From Candidatus Woesearchaeota archaeon (lineage in GTDB: Archaea; Nanobdellota; Nanobdellia; Woesearchaeales; GW2011-AR9), in assembly GCA_013204355.1 (NCBI GenBank), contig JABMOA010000017.1:1-35043 (forward strand): DNA of 35,043 nt, written 5' to 3'. The notes beneath the pieces were generated by a model. The model was not told where the DNA came from, searched no databases, and saw only the letters and a program-made list of their open reading frames with translations. A program made the translations under genes and the position numbers. Below, piece by piece: positions 1 through 9,166 of the stretch. Within the stretch, counting starts at the first letter, position 1. Every line of letters starts with the position of its first letter.

Positions 1-37
1 AAAATTTAATTAAAAAAAAGAAAAAGAAAAAAAGTAT

Positions 38-490
38 CTAATCAAGATACATCTTAAGACGTTTGAAGTCTAAATTCCATTTAGCCTCTATTTTACCAGA
101 TCTCTTATAGTACTTAACCAATCTTCGGATCTTTGAGGTTGTTAAAAGGTCACCACGTTTTGCAGTCATATCATGATTATTTTTTTCACGGTGCGCATGA
201 ATTGCAACTAACCTCTCAATTAAATTTAATAAATCTTCAGGTAATTTTTTACTAATACCATTTTCTTCTAAGATTTGTGTAATCTTTTTTTCAGTTAATG
301 CTTTGACACTATGGATTCCATAAGAATCTCGTAAAACAATCCCAATTTCACTTGAAGTTTTTCCTGCTTTGGAATACTTCATAATTAATTTTTCTACTTC
401 TTTACCTTTAAAAGGAGCCCATGCTGGTACATGTTTTATTGGTGTTGTACTTCCACTAACGCCCTTCTTTCTACTATGCATTCTTGCCAT
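38..490 (-). CDS. rps15: 30S ribosomal protein S15 (uS15, archaeal S15P / eukaryotic S13e type)
   Basis: 150-aa ORF. N-terminus MARMHSRKKGVSGS and the C-terminal helical region (LIERLVAIHAHREKNNHDMTAKRGDL) match the archaeal S15P pattern. Confidence 0.92.
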   Translation of the reverse strand: MARMHSRKKGVSGSTTPIKHVPAWAPFKGKEVEKLIMKYSKAGKTSSEIGIVLRDSYGIHSVKALTEKKITQILEENGISKKLPEDLLNLIERLVAIHAHREKNNHDMTAKRGDLLTTSKIRRLVKYYKRSGKIEAKWNLDFKRLKMYLD

Positions 491-706
491 AATTTCACCT
501 TATGTTATTTTAATTCAATGTGAGAATGAGATTTACCCATCTCCAGTATGTACAAGCTTTTGACCGATACATCTCTTGAATAAATATAATTTGACTCACT
601 CCTTTAAAAACCTTTTGGGAAAAACAAAAATTTTTTTCTAAAGAACATACTTTTTGGTCATGCTAAAAGACATAAATTAATAAAAGACGTTTACTTTCCA
701 AAACAC

Positions 707-1096
707 ATGACAGATGTCCCAATCTCATTACGGCGATGGTTTTTTGTACATTTTCTTATTGATTTTGCATTTGGAATTCCTTTATTCTTTAAACCTTCAT
801 GGATCCTCGCATTCTTTGGTATAACAACATTTGATCCCATGTTAACAAGATTAATAGCAGCCGCATTATTTGCAATTGGTGGTTCCTCATTATTAGCATA
901 TCATAAGACTCATGAAACATATCATGTCATGATCAACCTCAAATTAATATGGTCAATAACTTCTATAGCTGGGTTAATCTGGAGTATTCAAGAAGGTGGA
1001 CCACCACAATTATGGAGTCTAGTAGTAGTATTTACCATCTTTACAATAGTGTGGATTTATTACAAAGTCAAGTTAGACAAACGAAAAGTTTATTAA
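707..1096 (+). CDS. hypothetical small integral membrane protein (about 4 TM segments)
   Basis: ATG-initiated 129-aa ORF with four hydrophobic stretches. No family recognised. Confidence 0.5.
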   Translation: MTDVPISLRRWFFVHFLIDFAFGIPLFFKPSWILAFFGITTFDPMLTRLIAAALFAIGGSSLLAYHKTHETYHVMINLKLIWSITSIAGLIWSIQEGGPPQLWSLVVVFTIFTIVWIYYKVKLDKRKVY

Positions 1097-1142
1097 CGAT
1101 TTTACTCTCATTCCATTATCAAAAAAAAGAAGGTGACAAATT

Positions 1143-1997
1143 ATGATATCTCCAAAACCACATCAACCACAATACCACGTGCGATTTTATGTTGTAATGA
1201 CAACAGTAGTTATAGGTGGAATATTTATCCTCTTACTTATGAATAATGGGGCGGGGGGCTTCACGAGTGCATTTATTTCTGATTCTAATGGGGCCTCATT
1301 ACTCCAAGGATTTGGTGCAGATAATGGAAATGATGTCCTTATGGACACAATTTCAAATAATGAATTAAACGCCCTTAAAGCAACAGGTGTTGATTATGCA
1401 GAAAAAGATCCGTTCTTAGAAGATTCAAACATTGTTAAGACTCAAAATGATTTGCAAGAAGCAACACACACAGTAGATTTAACTTTAACATTTGATCAAA
1501 TTCCAAAAGTAAACCGTCAAGCAAAAGTAAAAAACATGGTGATTGTATTTGATAATACAGCACCAAAAATAAGCATCAATGACGATTTATTAGAATTAAA
1601 TAACCAAAACGAAGTAACCTTAACAATGGAAGATTATCTTGGCGATTTCATTTTTGATGAAGATGGTCTTTCTTTAAATGGAAAAGCAAAAAGTCTTTCA
1701 GTCAATGATATCAAATTATCTGCACGAAAAGAGATCAAACTTTCTTTTACGAATCTAGAATACAACAGTATAAATGTTGGAAGTATTGAATTGCAAGATA
1801 TTGAAATTCCAAAAGGAACAGGAACATTATCCCTTGGAAATAGATTAACATATGCACTAGCAGAAGAAAAGTTAACTATTTTCTATTTTAATGGAAAGTT
1901 AGATGTTAATCACGGAGAAGGAACATTACTAACAATGGCAGGCATCGCACGTGGTATAAGTGCAAGCGGTGAAGAACTTCTTTTAAGTATTCGTTAA
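1143..1997 (+). CDS. hypothetical protein with N-terminal membrane anchor, probably extracellular
   Basis: 284-aa ORF with one hydrophobic helix (FYVVMTTVVIGGIFILLLM) followed by a polar, Asn/Asp/Leu-rich domain. No family recognised. Confidence 0.5.
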   Translation: MISPKPHQPQYHVRFYVVMTTVVIGGIFILLLMNNGAGGFTSAFISDSNGASLLQGFGADNGNDVLMDTISNNELNALKATGVDYAEKDPFLEDSNIVKTQNDLQEATHTVDLTLTFDQIPKVNRQAKVKNMVIVFDNTAPKISINDDLLELNNQNEVTLTMEDYLGDFIFDEDGLSLNGKAKSLSVNDIKLSARKEIKLSFTNLEYNSINVGSIELQDIEIPKGTGTLSLGNRLTYALAEEKLTIFYFNGKLDVNHGEGTLLTMAGIARGISASGEELLLSIR

Positions 1998-2167
1998 AGT
2001 AAATTTTTCTTTTTTAATTCTTCTTTTTTTGTTTGCCTTCTATAATCAGCATACTTGTCATCTAAAGAAAATTTTGGTGGCTTTGGTTGCTGGGTTTCTT
2101 CCCCACATTTAGAACAAATTTTCGCTAAAGAATAAACACCACATCCACATTTAAAGAGGTGCTTCAT
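1994..2167 (-). CDS. nop10: H/ACA ribonucleoprotein subunit Nop10
   Basis: MKHLFKCGCGVYSLAKICSKCGEETQQPKPPKFSLDDKYADYRR is the Nop10 zinc-ribbon plus PPKFS/YRR motif. Start trimmed to the ATG at 2167, 1 nt after the aIF2-alpha stop. Sits in the conserved L44e-S27e-aIF2alpha-Nop10 archaeal gene order. Confidence 0.85.
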   Translation of the reverse strand: MKHLFKCGCGVYSLAKICSKCGEETQQPKPPKFSLDDKYADYRRQTKKEELKKKNLL

Positions 2168-2168
2168 C

Positions 2169-2951
2169 CTAATCGCTTTTCTCCCGATCAAACACGGCAG
2201 TTGATTGTTTATCCACAAATTTATCAAGATGTTTTTGAACTTCCTTCAATGTTTTTTCTGCAGGTTTATAATCAAAATCTTCAATCACTAATTTATATTT
2301 TCCTGCACCCAAATAAAATAAAGTAAGAGTATCTGAAACTTTCTCAATTGCCATAAGGGTCTTTTTAATTTTATCAACACCTTCTGAATGGTAAGTGGTA
2401 ATTTTTATTTCACCTTGAATAATGAATGTTTTTGGTTTGAATTTATCTAAAACTGCTGCCTTCACTTCTTTTGCAATTTTTGCATCAATACCAAGACTTG
2501 TTAAATCAAATTTTTCATCCATTACAAGTTCTTTAAAACAAAGATGTAAATGAGAATAATCTTCAAGAATTTTATCTGCTAATATTTTATATAACGCTTC
2601 TGGTGTTGTTTTTAATTTTTTAGAAACTGCTTTAATTAAACTTTCTGCTTTTAATTCCTGTTTGATTTCATCTAACTTTTCCCTGCGTTGGTTTGAATTC
2701 ACTCTACGTAATGAAAGATCAATATGTCCCCGATCTTTGTGAATTCTGAGAACTTTACAGACAATCTGTCTTCCTTCAGAAACAAAGTCACGTAAATTTC
2801 TAATTCTTCCTGGAGATACTTCAGAAATATGAATCATACCAGAATCGTTGTATTCTAAAAGGTCTACGAAAACAGAACTGGGATAAATTTTTGTAACTTT
2901 ACATAGTACAATTTCATCCTCTTCAGGAAGCCCTTTAAGTTTATACATCAT
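2169..2951 (-). CDS. eif2a: translation initiation factor aIF2 alpha subunit
   Basis: 260 aa. N-terminal S1 domain (GLPEEDEIVLCKVTKI..GMIHISEVSPGRIRNLRDFV..GRQIVCKVLRI..GHIDLSLRRV) typical of aIF2-alpha, in the conserved neighbourhood. Confidence 0.92.
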   Translation of the reverse strand: MMYKLKGLPEEDEIVLCKVTKIYPSSVFVDLLEYNDSGMIHISEVSPGRIRNLRDFVSEGRQIVCKVLRIHKDRGHIDLSLRRVNSNQRREKLDEIKQELKAESLIKAVSKKLKTTPEALYKILADKILEDYSHLHLCFKELVMDEKFDLTSLGIDAKIAKEVKAAVLDKFKPKTFIIQGEIKITTYHSEGVDKIKKTLMAIEKVSDTLTLFYLGAGKYKLVIEDFDYKPAEKTLKEVQKHLDKFVDKQSTAVFDREKSD

Positions 2952-3072
2952 TTTATTATATTATAAGAGGAGTTCTTTAAAAATGCTTCTAAAATTTGTG
3001 AATAGAAATTAAAGTAAAGACCATAAATCATTTCAATTCAAAATTAAAAAATAATTATGAATTTCCTAAAAT

Positions 3073-3252
3073 TTAATTTAAAACTTCAAGAATTCTTCCA
3101 GCAAGTTTTGTCTTTCCGCCTGTAGGAGAAGCTAATTCTTTCTTACAAACTAAACAGGTTACTGGAGTACTTACATTACTGAATATAATCTGTTCATTCT
3201 TACATTCTGCACAACGTACTTTAATAAATTTTGATTTGGTTTCTTGTATCAT
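3073..3252 (-). CDS. rps27e: 30S ribosomal protein S27e (59 aa, below the ORF-track cutoff)
   Basis: Hand translation of the minus strand gives MIQETKSKFIKVRCAECKNEQIIFSNVSTPVTCLVCKKELASPTGGKTKLAGRILEVLN*. It has the C-x2-C...C-x2-C zinc ribbon and the PTGGK motif of S27e. Its ATG overlaps the L44e TGA stop (ATGA). Confidence 0.85.
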   Translation of the reverse strand: MIQETKSKFIKVRCAECKNEQIIFSNVSTPVTCLVCKKELASPTGGKTKLAGRILEVLN

Positions 3253-3557
3253 ACGAATTCAACTCTCTTTGCACGCATTCCTGATGGCTGGACGCTTGAC
3301 TTTTTACATACTGAACATGTATATCGTAAATCGGTTTTTTTAGTTGCTTTTGCACCAGTACGTTTAAACTTTGTTACAGCTGGACGGGAATATTTACCAT
3401 GTCCACCTATTCCACGTGCTAAACCCCGTTTCCTTGAACGATATTTAGACCCTACCGTTAAAGGACTAGGAGATCGCTTTTTATTCTGTGCTACTTTCTG
3501 CTCTGTATGTGTTTTACAGATTTTACATAATCTCTTCTTTAACTTTGGAATTTTCAT
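3249..3557 (-). CDS. rpl44e: 50S ribosomal protein L44e (eL42)
   Basis: 102 aa, very basic, two CxxC pairs (CKICKTHT ... CSVCKK), with the conserved GGHGKYSRP / KKTDLRYTC region of L44e. Confidence 0.92.
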   Translation of the reverse strand: MKIPKLKKRLCKICKTHTEQKVAQNKKRSPSPLTVGSKYRSRKRGLARGIGGHGKYSRPAVTKFKRTGAKATKKTDLRYTCSVCKKSSVQPSGMRAKRVEFV

Positions 3558-3660
3558 TTTGGTTTATTCAAATAAATTCTTAAGAATGCTTAAACATCCT
3601 TATTGTCTTCATGATTTATGTGTTAGAACGAGGGTTATTTAAAAAGGTTTCTGAAAAACC

Positions 3661-3678
3661 GGCTAATATGAAACCCTC
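3661..3678. repeat. solo copy of the terminal arm of palindromic element B
   Basis: GGCTAATATGAAACCCTC is 18/18 identical to 24959-24976. A 6-nt spacer then TTTGT follows in both places, after which similarity is lost. Confidence 0.7.
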
Positions 3679-3711
3679 AAAAAATTTGTTTTTTTGATAG
3701 CTTAAGGTTAT

Positions 3712-4056
3712 TTAAAGTAACTTCAGCTCAGAAACCAAGGCATCTATCTTTTCTTCTTCATTTGGCCCAATTCCAACACACGTCCTTGTACCTGGTGCAA
3801 TCACGGTTCTTCCCGCATCTGTGATTAAAGAAACGTTCAAACCTTCATCTTTTGCCATCTGAAAGTATTTAATCAATTCCTTCTCATCAGCCACTTTAAG
3901 GACGATTTTAGGCATGCCACTAGATTCCCATGCCTTAACAATCTTAGAATCAGAACGTAGCACTGAAACAACGGATGCATGCGCTACTTGTGCACATGCT
4001 TTTCCTTTCGGAAGCTTTAAATCGGTCCTCATCAATATAACTTGTTTGTATGACAT
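3712..4056 (-). CDS. pth2: peptidyl-tRNA hydrolase, archaeal PTH2 type
   Basis: 114 aa. KQVILMRTDLKLPKGKACAQVAHAS ... ITDAGRTVIAPGTRTCVGIGP matches the PTH2 family signature. Confidence 0.92.
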   Translation of the reverse strand: MSYKQVILMRTDLKLPKGKACAQVAHASVVSVLRSDSKIVKAWESSGMPKIVLKVADEKELIKYFQMAKDEGLNVSLITDAGRTVIAPGTRTCVGIGPNEEEKIDALVSELKLL

Positions 4057-4088
4057 AATAATAAAGAAAAGAATTGAGTTAATAAAGA

Positions 4089-4496
4089 TTACTCCTTTTT
4101 GAGATTTGTAGAAAGAGCATTTAAAAAATCATTTATCTCACCATCATTTAGAGATTCAAGATAATAAAAATCTTTTAATACTGGGAGAACTGAAACAGGA
4201 GCTTGGAAAGAAAGAGATGCAACCGTAACAGCAACACCATTAGATCTATGAGCTTCAACAAGGTGAGCATAATAGAAAGCCAATTCTTCTAGAACATTAG
4301 ATATCTTTGACATAATTTGTATCCCTTCTAAATATGGTTCATTAGAAGGGGGCATTGTTACCCCATGAGTCGCACATGCTTCATAAACATTTTGAGAGGT
4401 AATAGTTCTGCTAATGCGTTCTTCTAATAATAAAAAATTGTCTTCTCTAGTTCCCAGTTTAGTAGCGTTAACTAGATAATATTTTGCATTTACCAT
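4089..4496 (-). CDS. hypothetical protein
   Basis: 135-aa ORF co-directional with and tightly packed against its neighbours. No family recognised. Confidence 0.45.
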   Translation of the reverse strand: MVNAKYYLVNATKLGTREDNFLLLEERISRTITSQNVYEACATHGVTMPPSNEPYLEGIQIMSKISNVLEELAFYYAHLVEAHRSNGVAVTVASLSFQAPVSVLPVLKDFYYLESLNDGEINDFLNALSTNLKKE

Positions 4497-4525
4497 TTAA
4501 TTTTCTGCTTATTAATTTCGTATTT

Positions 4526-5311
4526 TTACTTTTTCCACTCGTTTTCAAACAAACCAGCAAAATAGTTTACGAAATGAGGTGCTTCTACCCATACTGCACA
4601 ATCATAACTTTTATGAACTTTATTGTCGTCTGTTAAGAACAATAGAATTTCGCTATTATCAACTAAACAGAATCGTGCATTAATATTTTTATGAGTTTGA
4701 ACTTTTCCAACTTCGGAAAAACCTTCTACAATATCTTTATGTGTACCAATAGGAACTGCAACTTTAACATTTACACCACGTTTTACTGCTTTTCGTAAGT
4801 GACTTGCAAGTAAATTGTATTTCCGTTCTGCACCTTGTTTTGAAAGTAATAAGGTAATACTTGATTTTGCATTTTTAACCATAGATACTATATGTTCATG
4901 TGTTTTATCTCGTCCACGAAATGCACCAGATCTATCGGTTGGATCAACTAATTTCACACCTTCAACGTGTAAGGTGTTTAATTCTGATAGAATATCTGAA
5001 TCTTTTAATTCTGATAATACTTTAGTTTGTAATTCTGCTTCTACAAGAACTTTTTTCTGTACTCTTTCCACAACTTCTGCGGGTGGAACTGCTAAATATT
5101 TGATAGGTTTTCCAACTTTTACGATAATGAAACCTTTCTTTTCAAGTGATTCTAAAACATCATATGCTCGTGATCTTGGCACGTTAGAAATATCTGATAA
5201 TTCTCCTGCTGTTGAGACGCCTCTACTTAATAGAGCTACCCATAGTTTGCTTTCATAGGAATTTAAGCCAAAGTCTTTAAGTTTGTTTAGGAAATCTTTT
5301 TGAACGATCAT
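4526..5311 (-). CDS. TrmB-family transcriptional regulator
   Basis: N-terminal winged helix (LKDFGLNSYESKLWVALLSRGVSTAGELSDISNVPRSRAYDVLESLEKKGFI) typical of TrmB, followed by a coiled coil and a C-terminal domain. GGAGG lies 11 nt upstream of the ATG. Confidence 0.85.
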   Translation of the reverse strand: MIVQKDFLNKLKDFGLNSYESKLWVALLSRGVSTAGELSDISNVPRSRAYDVLESLEKKGFIIVKVGKPIKYLAVPPAEVVERVQKKVLVEAELQTKVLSELKDSDILSELNTLHVEGVKLVDPTDRSGAFRGRDKTHEHIVSMVKNAKSSITLLLSKQGAERKYNLLASHLRKAVKRGVNVKVAVPIGTHKDIVEGFSEVGKVQTHKNINARFCLVDNSEILLFLTDDNKVHKSYDCAVWVEAPHFVNYFAGLFENEWKK

Positions 5312-5428
5312 TTTAATTGTGCCTCCACAACATCCCCAGAACCTCTCGTCTCTAATGAATATGTTATAATAAGCCTATTTCTTTATAAATCTTTCGGAAC
5401 CGTAATCTCTCTAGAGTGACAACACCAA

Positions 5429-5713
5429 TTAATCCACTGTGAACAATCTACTATCTGTCACCTTAAATAATCCAATCCTCGCGCCTGCATCTAACCATCC
5501 ATGTGCGTAATTAAGCGCTGCAAAAGCTAGAACCATATCTTGTTTGTCATTTAGAAAGAACTTCGCATCTTCGTGATATCTAGACGCCATATCAAAGAAA
5601 TCTTCTGCTTGTTCTAATCTCTCTTCATCAAACTTATCTCGTGCTGCATCTAATGCTTCTTTAGAAATCTTGAAATACGCATCCAGTTTCTCTTGTGTGA
5701 TTGTGTTGTTCAT
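5429..5713 (-). CDS. DUF357-family protein
   Basis: 94 aa. AKFFLNDKQDMVLAFAALNYAHGWLDAGARIGLF matches the characteristic YAHGWLDAG(V/A)R(L/I)GL motif of DUF357. Confidence 0.7.
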   Translation of the reverse strand: MNNTITQEKLDAYFKISKEALDAARDKFDEERLEQAEDFFDMASRYHEDAKFFLNDKQDMVLAFAALNYAHGWLDAGARIGLFKVTDSRLFTVD

Positions 5714-5719
5714 TTTATA

Positions 5720-6088
5720 TCATTCAAAAGGTGTATCAGGATCAAAAATTTCAAAAATGTATTGATCTTGTGAAAAATATTTTTCCAAAGTTTTCAACAA
5801 CAAACCTTTATCAAATTTCCCGAAATCAGTACTTTCTCCGTCAAAAGATAAAAGAGGTTTGGGTCTTCCATTTAAAAAAGATGAATAATTCCCACCACCT
5901 TTTTGTCTAGGAACTGGATTTATTTTATAATTTTTTACTTCTTTATCAAACCGTGTCACAATTTCATGATGATACCCTTGATCATTTTCTCTTTGAATAC
6001 GAACATAACCTTCGCCATCTGATCCTTCAAATAGCATAAACTTTATTGTTCTTCCTTCACGAAATATGGGTAAATTATTTAATGTCAT
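5720..6088 (-). CDS. hypothetical protein
   Basis: 122-aa ORF, co-directional, 6 nt from the downstream gene. No family recognised. Confidence 0.45.
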   Translation of the reverse strand: MTLNNLPIFREGRTIKFMLFEGSDGEGYVRIQRENDQGYHHEIVTRFDKEVKNYKINPVPRQKGGGNYSSFLNGRPKPLLSFDGESTDFGKFDKGLLLKTLEKYFSQDQYIFEIFDPDTPFE

Positions 6089-6153
6089 ATTTTAATTAAA
6101 TTAAGGTTTCTTTAAAAGAATTATGGTTAAAAATAAATTAAAAAAATAAAAAA

Positions 6154-6360
6154 TTAAACCCTCACGGGCCTTTTTACAGTAATTGGAAGAACACCTTCAT
6201 CAAATTCTAAGATTGCAATCTCAATTGGGTCAAAGTTAATTTTAGCTAACTCAGCTTGATCTAACTTTACTAAAAACGGTGCACCCATACTAATTTGTAA
6301 TGCGCGAGAACCGATCATACGTGCTTTTTCATACTTTGTATATTTAGCTACATCACTCAT
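6154..6360 (-). CDS. rpoK: DNA-directed RNA polymerase subunit K (Rpo6)
   Basis: 68 aa. [22 protein letters not shown] ... [21 protein letters not shown] is the Rpb6/RpoK signature. Its start overlaps the Rrp42 stop by 4 nt. Confidence 0.88.
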   Translation of the reverse strand: MSDVAKYTKYEKARMIGSRALQISMGAPFLVKLDQAELAKINFDPIEIAILEFDEGVLPITVKRPVRV

Positions 6361-7148
6361 TGTAGTTTCCCCCGAAGGAAGTTTGCTTTATCCAAAGCAA
6401 GATCTACTGCCTTCATCACTTCATCAATTGTCATCGTTCCTTCTCCGCCTTTTTGCATTGCAGAAATTACGCCTGTTGCGTCTGAAGAGACTGTTAAACG
6501 TGTGTCACATGCATCTTCTTCTTCTACAGTTGGATCAACAAGTAAATTTCCACCAACCCTGAATATGGTGATGGATAATGTATCTTTTGCAATTGGAAGA
6601 GATTCATCAGTATGTTCTTTGTAATTAACATTTCCTTCTTCATCAACAACTGGAAACTTGGTATCTTTCAAAGCTGCCATTACTGCAAGACCTGCTGCGT
6701 CAAATAAGTTTCCTGCGTCATTAACTGAAACAATATCAACCATAACAAACCACGCTTTCTCACCTTTTGTAATACAAAGTTTCTTTGTATCAATTACATG
6801 AGATTCTCTAATTCCACGATCAGTAACACGTGCAAGTTCAATTGCAGGCATCTGAGGTGGACCTGGTTCATAACGTGAAGAAGATAACGGTGTTAATTCT
6901 GCGTTAATCATCAATCCACCTTGATTAGGTGTGTCAGGATAAGGTTTTTCTAAACTTAACTTTACACCTGCAATCACAACAGTATCACCAATCCGAACTT
7001 TCACAGAACCTTCAGCAGATTTTGAGATGCTTGATTCAATTTCAATTGGGCCTCGGTATTCGTCTAACTTACGGCCATCAAATCTTTTACCTTCTTTAGC
7101 TAATGCAAGAACTGTGTTTTTATTAAATGTAATCATTGCGGTATTCAT
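6357..7148 (-). CDS. rrp42: exosome complex component Rrp42 (inactive RNase PH-like subunit)
   Basis: 263 aa with an RNase PH-like fold sequence ([31 protein letters not shown]), immediately after Rrp41 with an ATGA overlap. Canonical rrp4-rrp41-rrp42 order. Confidence 0.88.
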   Translation of the reverse strand: MNTAMITFNKNTVLALAKEGKRFDGRKLDEYRGPIEIESSISKSAEGSVKVRIGDTVVIAGVKLSLEKPYPDTPNQGGLMINAELTPLSSSRYEPGPPQMPAIELARVTDRGIRESHVIDTKKLCITKGEKAWFVMVDIVSVNDAGNLFDAAGLAVMAALKDTKFPVVDEEGNVNYKEHTDESLPIAKDTLSITIFRVGGNLLVDPTVEEEDACDTRLTVSSDATGVISAMQKGGEGTMTIDEVMKAVDLALDKANFLRGKLQ

Positions 7149-7852
7149 TGTGGTACCTCCGCGAATTTAGCAACAAGTGCTTTTTTCTGTACGTCAAAGA
7201 TTTTACTCATAACATCTCGTGCCATTTCAAGAGCTATTTTTAACTCTTCCTTCTTAACATGGCCATCCATTTGTAGTAAAGTAATTTCTTTATTACGTGC
7301 AGTCATTGCAACTGGAATGTCTGATACATGTCCATCAAATGCTTCTTCGTTGTATGTTAAATCTGCAACAACTGTACCATCAACGGTTCCAACTGAAACT
7401 GAACAAACCATATCTCTCATTGGAATTCCTGCATCTGCAAGTGCCATTGCTGCTGCGGTAATCGCTGCACATCGGGTTCCTGCATCTGTTTGTGGTAATT
7501 CTACAAAAATATCAACAACTGAGTTTGGAAATGCTGTTAAATCTACAACAGGTTCTAATGCTTTATCCATAACCATTGCAATTTCCTGTGCTCTTCGTGA
7601 TCTTCCTGGTCTGATTCTTTCTCCTGTTCCGGAAAAAGGCATCATTGTATATTGACATCTGATAAATCCCTTCTTTGGATTTGCCATAAATCGTGGAAGT
7701 ACTTCTCGTGGTCCATAAACTGCAGCAATCGCCCAGGTTTTTCCTGTTCTAAATTCTGCAGACCCATCAGCGTTTGGAATTACCCCTACTTTACCTGACA
7801 TTTCTCTAAGACCATTTGCTTTACGTCCGTCTAATCGTTCTGTGTAAGCCAT
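7145..7852 (-). CDS. rrp41: exosome complex exonuclease Rrp41 (RNase PH-like catalytic subunit)
   Basis: 235 aa. RLDGRKANGLREM..GSAEFRTGKT.AIAAVYGPRE and the GRSRRAQEI / QTDAGTR motifs are typical of archaeal Rrp41. Confidence 0.92.
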   Translation of the reverse strand: MAYTERLDGRKANGLREMSGKVGVIPNADGSAEFRTGKTWAIAAVYGPREVLPRFMANPKKGFIRCQYTMMPFSGTGERIRPGRSRRAQEIAMVMDKALEPVVDLTAFPNSVVDIFVELPQTDAGTRCAAITAAAMALADAGIPMRDMVCSVSVGTVDGTVVADLTYNEEAFDGHVSDIPVAMTARNKEITLLQMDGHVKKEELKIALEMARDVMSKIFDVQKKALVAKFAEVPQ

Positions 7853-8589
7853 TATTGCTCACCTCCTTCTACAACTGGTTCTGGTACTGTATCAGGTGCT
7901 ATTTCTCTTTTAGGAACTCCTAAGAATTTTGATAATTTATCTGTTAAACCACTTTCATGTGCTCGTTGTTCAATCATACGTACCACTTCTTGTGCTTTTA
8001 ATTCTCCTTCTGCAGAACCACGAAGCCACACTAAGCCATTTTGACCAACTGTAATCTCAACACCAGTTGCATCTTTGATTAATTGAATCATACTTGCTTT
8101 CTTTCCAATGACACGTGGAACTTTGTTACAATTGATTCTCATGATTCTTCCACCTTCAACTTTCTTTAAGCCAGGTTCTTTCATGGTAACATCAATTAAG
8201 TTCTGTGATGTAACATTAGAAATTTTACATACAAGGAAATCACCAATATCTAATATACCCGTTAAATCTTCACCTTTTCGTACGAATCGTGTGGTTGCAT
8301 CTCTTACATTTAACACCGCAGTATATGCTGTGTTTGTATCAACTCTCCATCCGCTCATAAGAACATCAGTTACTTTAGCAATTATTTTATCGCCAATCTT
8401 TGGTAAATATGGACCTGATAACGCTGTTACTTTCAAAACACGTCCTGATACAGAAACCATACCTAATACTTTTGAAAAAATTTTTTCATCTTCTCTGAAT
8501 GTGAAGTCACCTGGAATATAATCCATTCCCTCAGCAAGAAGATCTCCTGGGATTACAATATCCCTGTTTTCTACTACTATATTACTCAT
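7852..8589 (-). CDS. rrp4: exosome complex RNA-binding subunit Rrp4 (S1 + KH domains)
   Basis: 245 aa. VIPGDLLAEG N-terminal domain, an S1 domain (PKIGDKIIAKVTDV..GWRVD) and a KH domain (VPRVIGKKASMIQLIKDATGVEITVGQNGLVWL). Confidence 0.9.
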   Translation of the reverse strand: MSNIVVENRDIVIPGDLLAEGMDYIPGDFTFREDEKIFSKVLGMVSVSGRVLKVTALSGPYLPKIGDKIIAKVTDVLMSGWRVDTNTAYTAVLNVRDATTRFVRKGEDLTGILDIGDFLVCKISNVTSQNLIDVTMKEPGLKKVEGGRIMRINCNKVPRVIGKKASMIQLIKDATGVEITVGQNGLVWLRGSAEGELKAQEVVRMIEQRAHESGLTDKLSKFLGVPKREIAPDTVPEPVVEGGEQ

Positions 8590-8789
8590 TTTTTATTTGT
8601 GTCGGTACTCTTTTATACATTTTTTAAGAATAAGAATACCGCCTCCTATTCATTTTTCTTTATAGGAGCTATTTAGGTTCATTGTTTATAAAGGTTTGGG
8701 TAGGAATATGTGAAAAGTTATTTTTGATAGTTTTGGTAAGAATCTCCTATTTAAATTTTTAATATTTTATAAATAACTAATAAGAATCC

Positions 8790-9149
8790 CTAACCAAATT
8801 TTTTTTCATTGATTTTATCTTTTTCTTCCCATCTCTGTGACCAATCTCCTTCAAGAAATCTTTGAACATTCTTATCACTCTTATCCATAAATGATTGGAA
8901 AAATTCTTCAGCCGTAATATTTTTTAATAAACAGATATTTACAATAAATTTCATCACATCAACCAATTCTTCTTTAAGATTCTCCCTATTATCAAATTCT
9001 GCACGAACCTCTTCAACTTCTTCACGTAATTTATTAATCAGAATATTAAATTCAGAATGATCAGTTTTTTCTGGACGAATTTTTTCTACATGCGAATTTA
9101 TCAAATTGCAAAATTCTTGCTGTTTTTCAAAAAGTTGAGATAATTCCAT
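8790..9149 (-). CDS. MazG-like all-alpha nucleoside-triphosphate pyrophosphohydrolase (tentative)
   Basis: About 119 aa, helical. Acidic metal-binding pattern LREEVEEVRAEF ... EELVDVMKF resembles the EExxE...ExxD motif of MazG / dimeric dUTPase-like enzymes. An alternative GTG start at 9170 would overlap the SBDS stop (GTGA). Confidence 0.5.
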   Translation of the reverse strand: MELSQLFEKQQEFCNLINSHVEKIRPEKTDHSEFNILINKLREEVEEVRAEFDNRENLKEELVDVMKFIVNICLLKNITAEEFFQSFMDKSDKNVQRFLEGDWSQRWEEKDKINEKKFG

Positions 9150-9166
9150 TTTATAAATATTATTTA

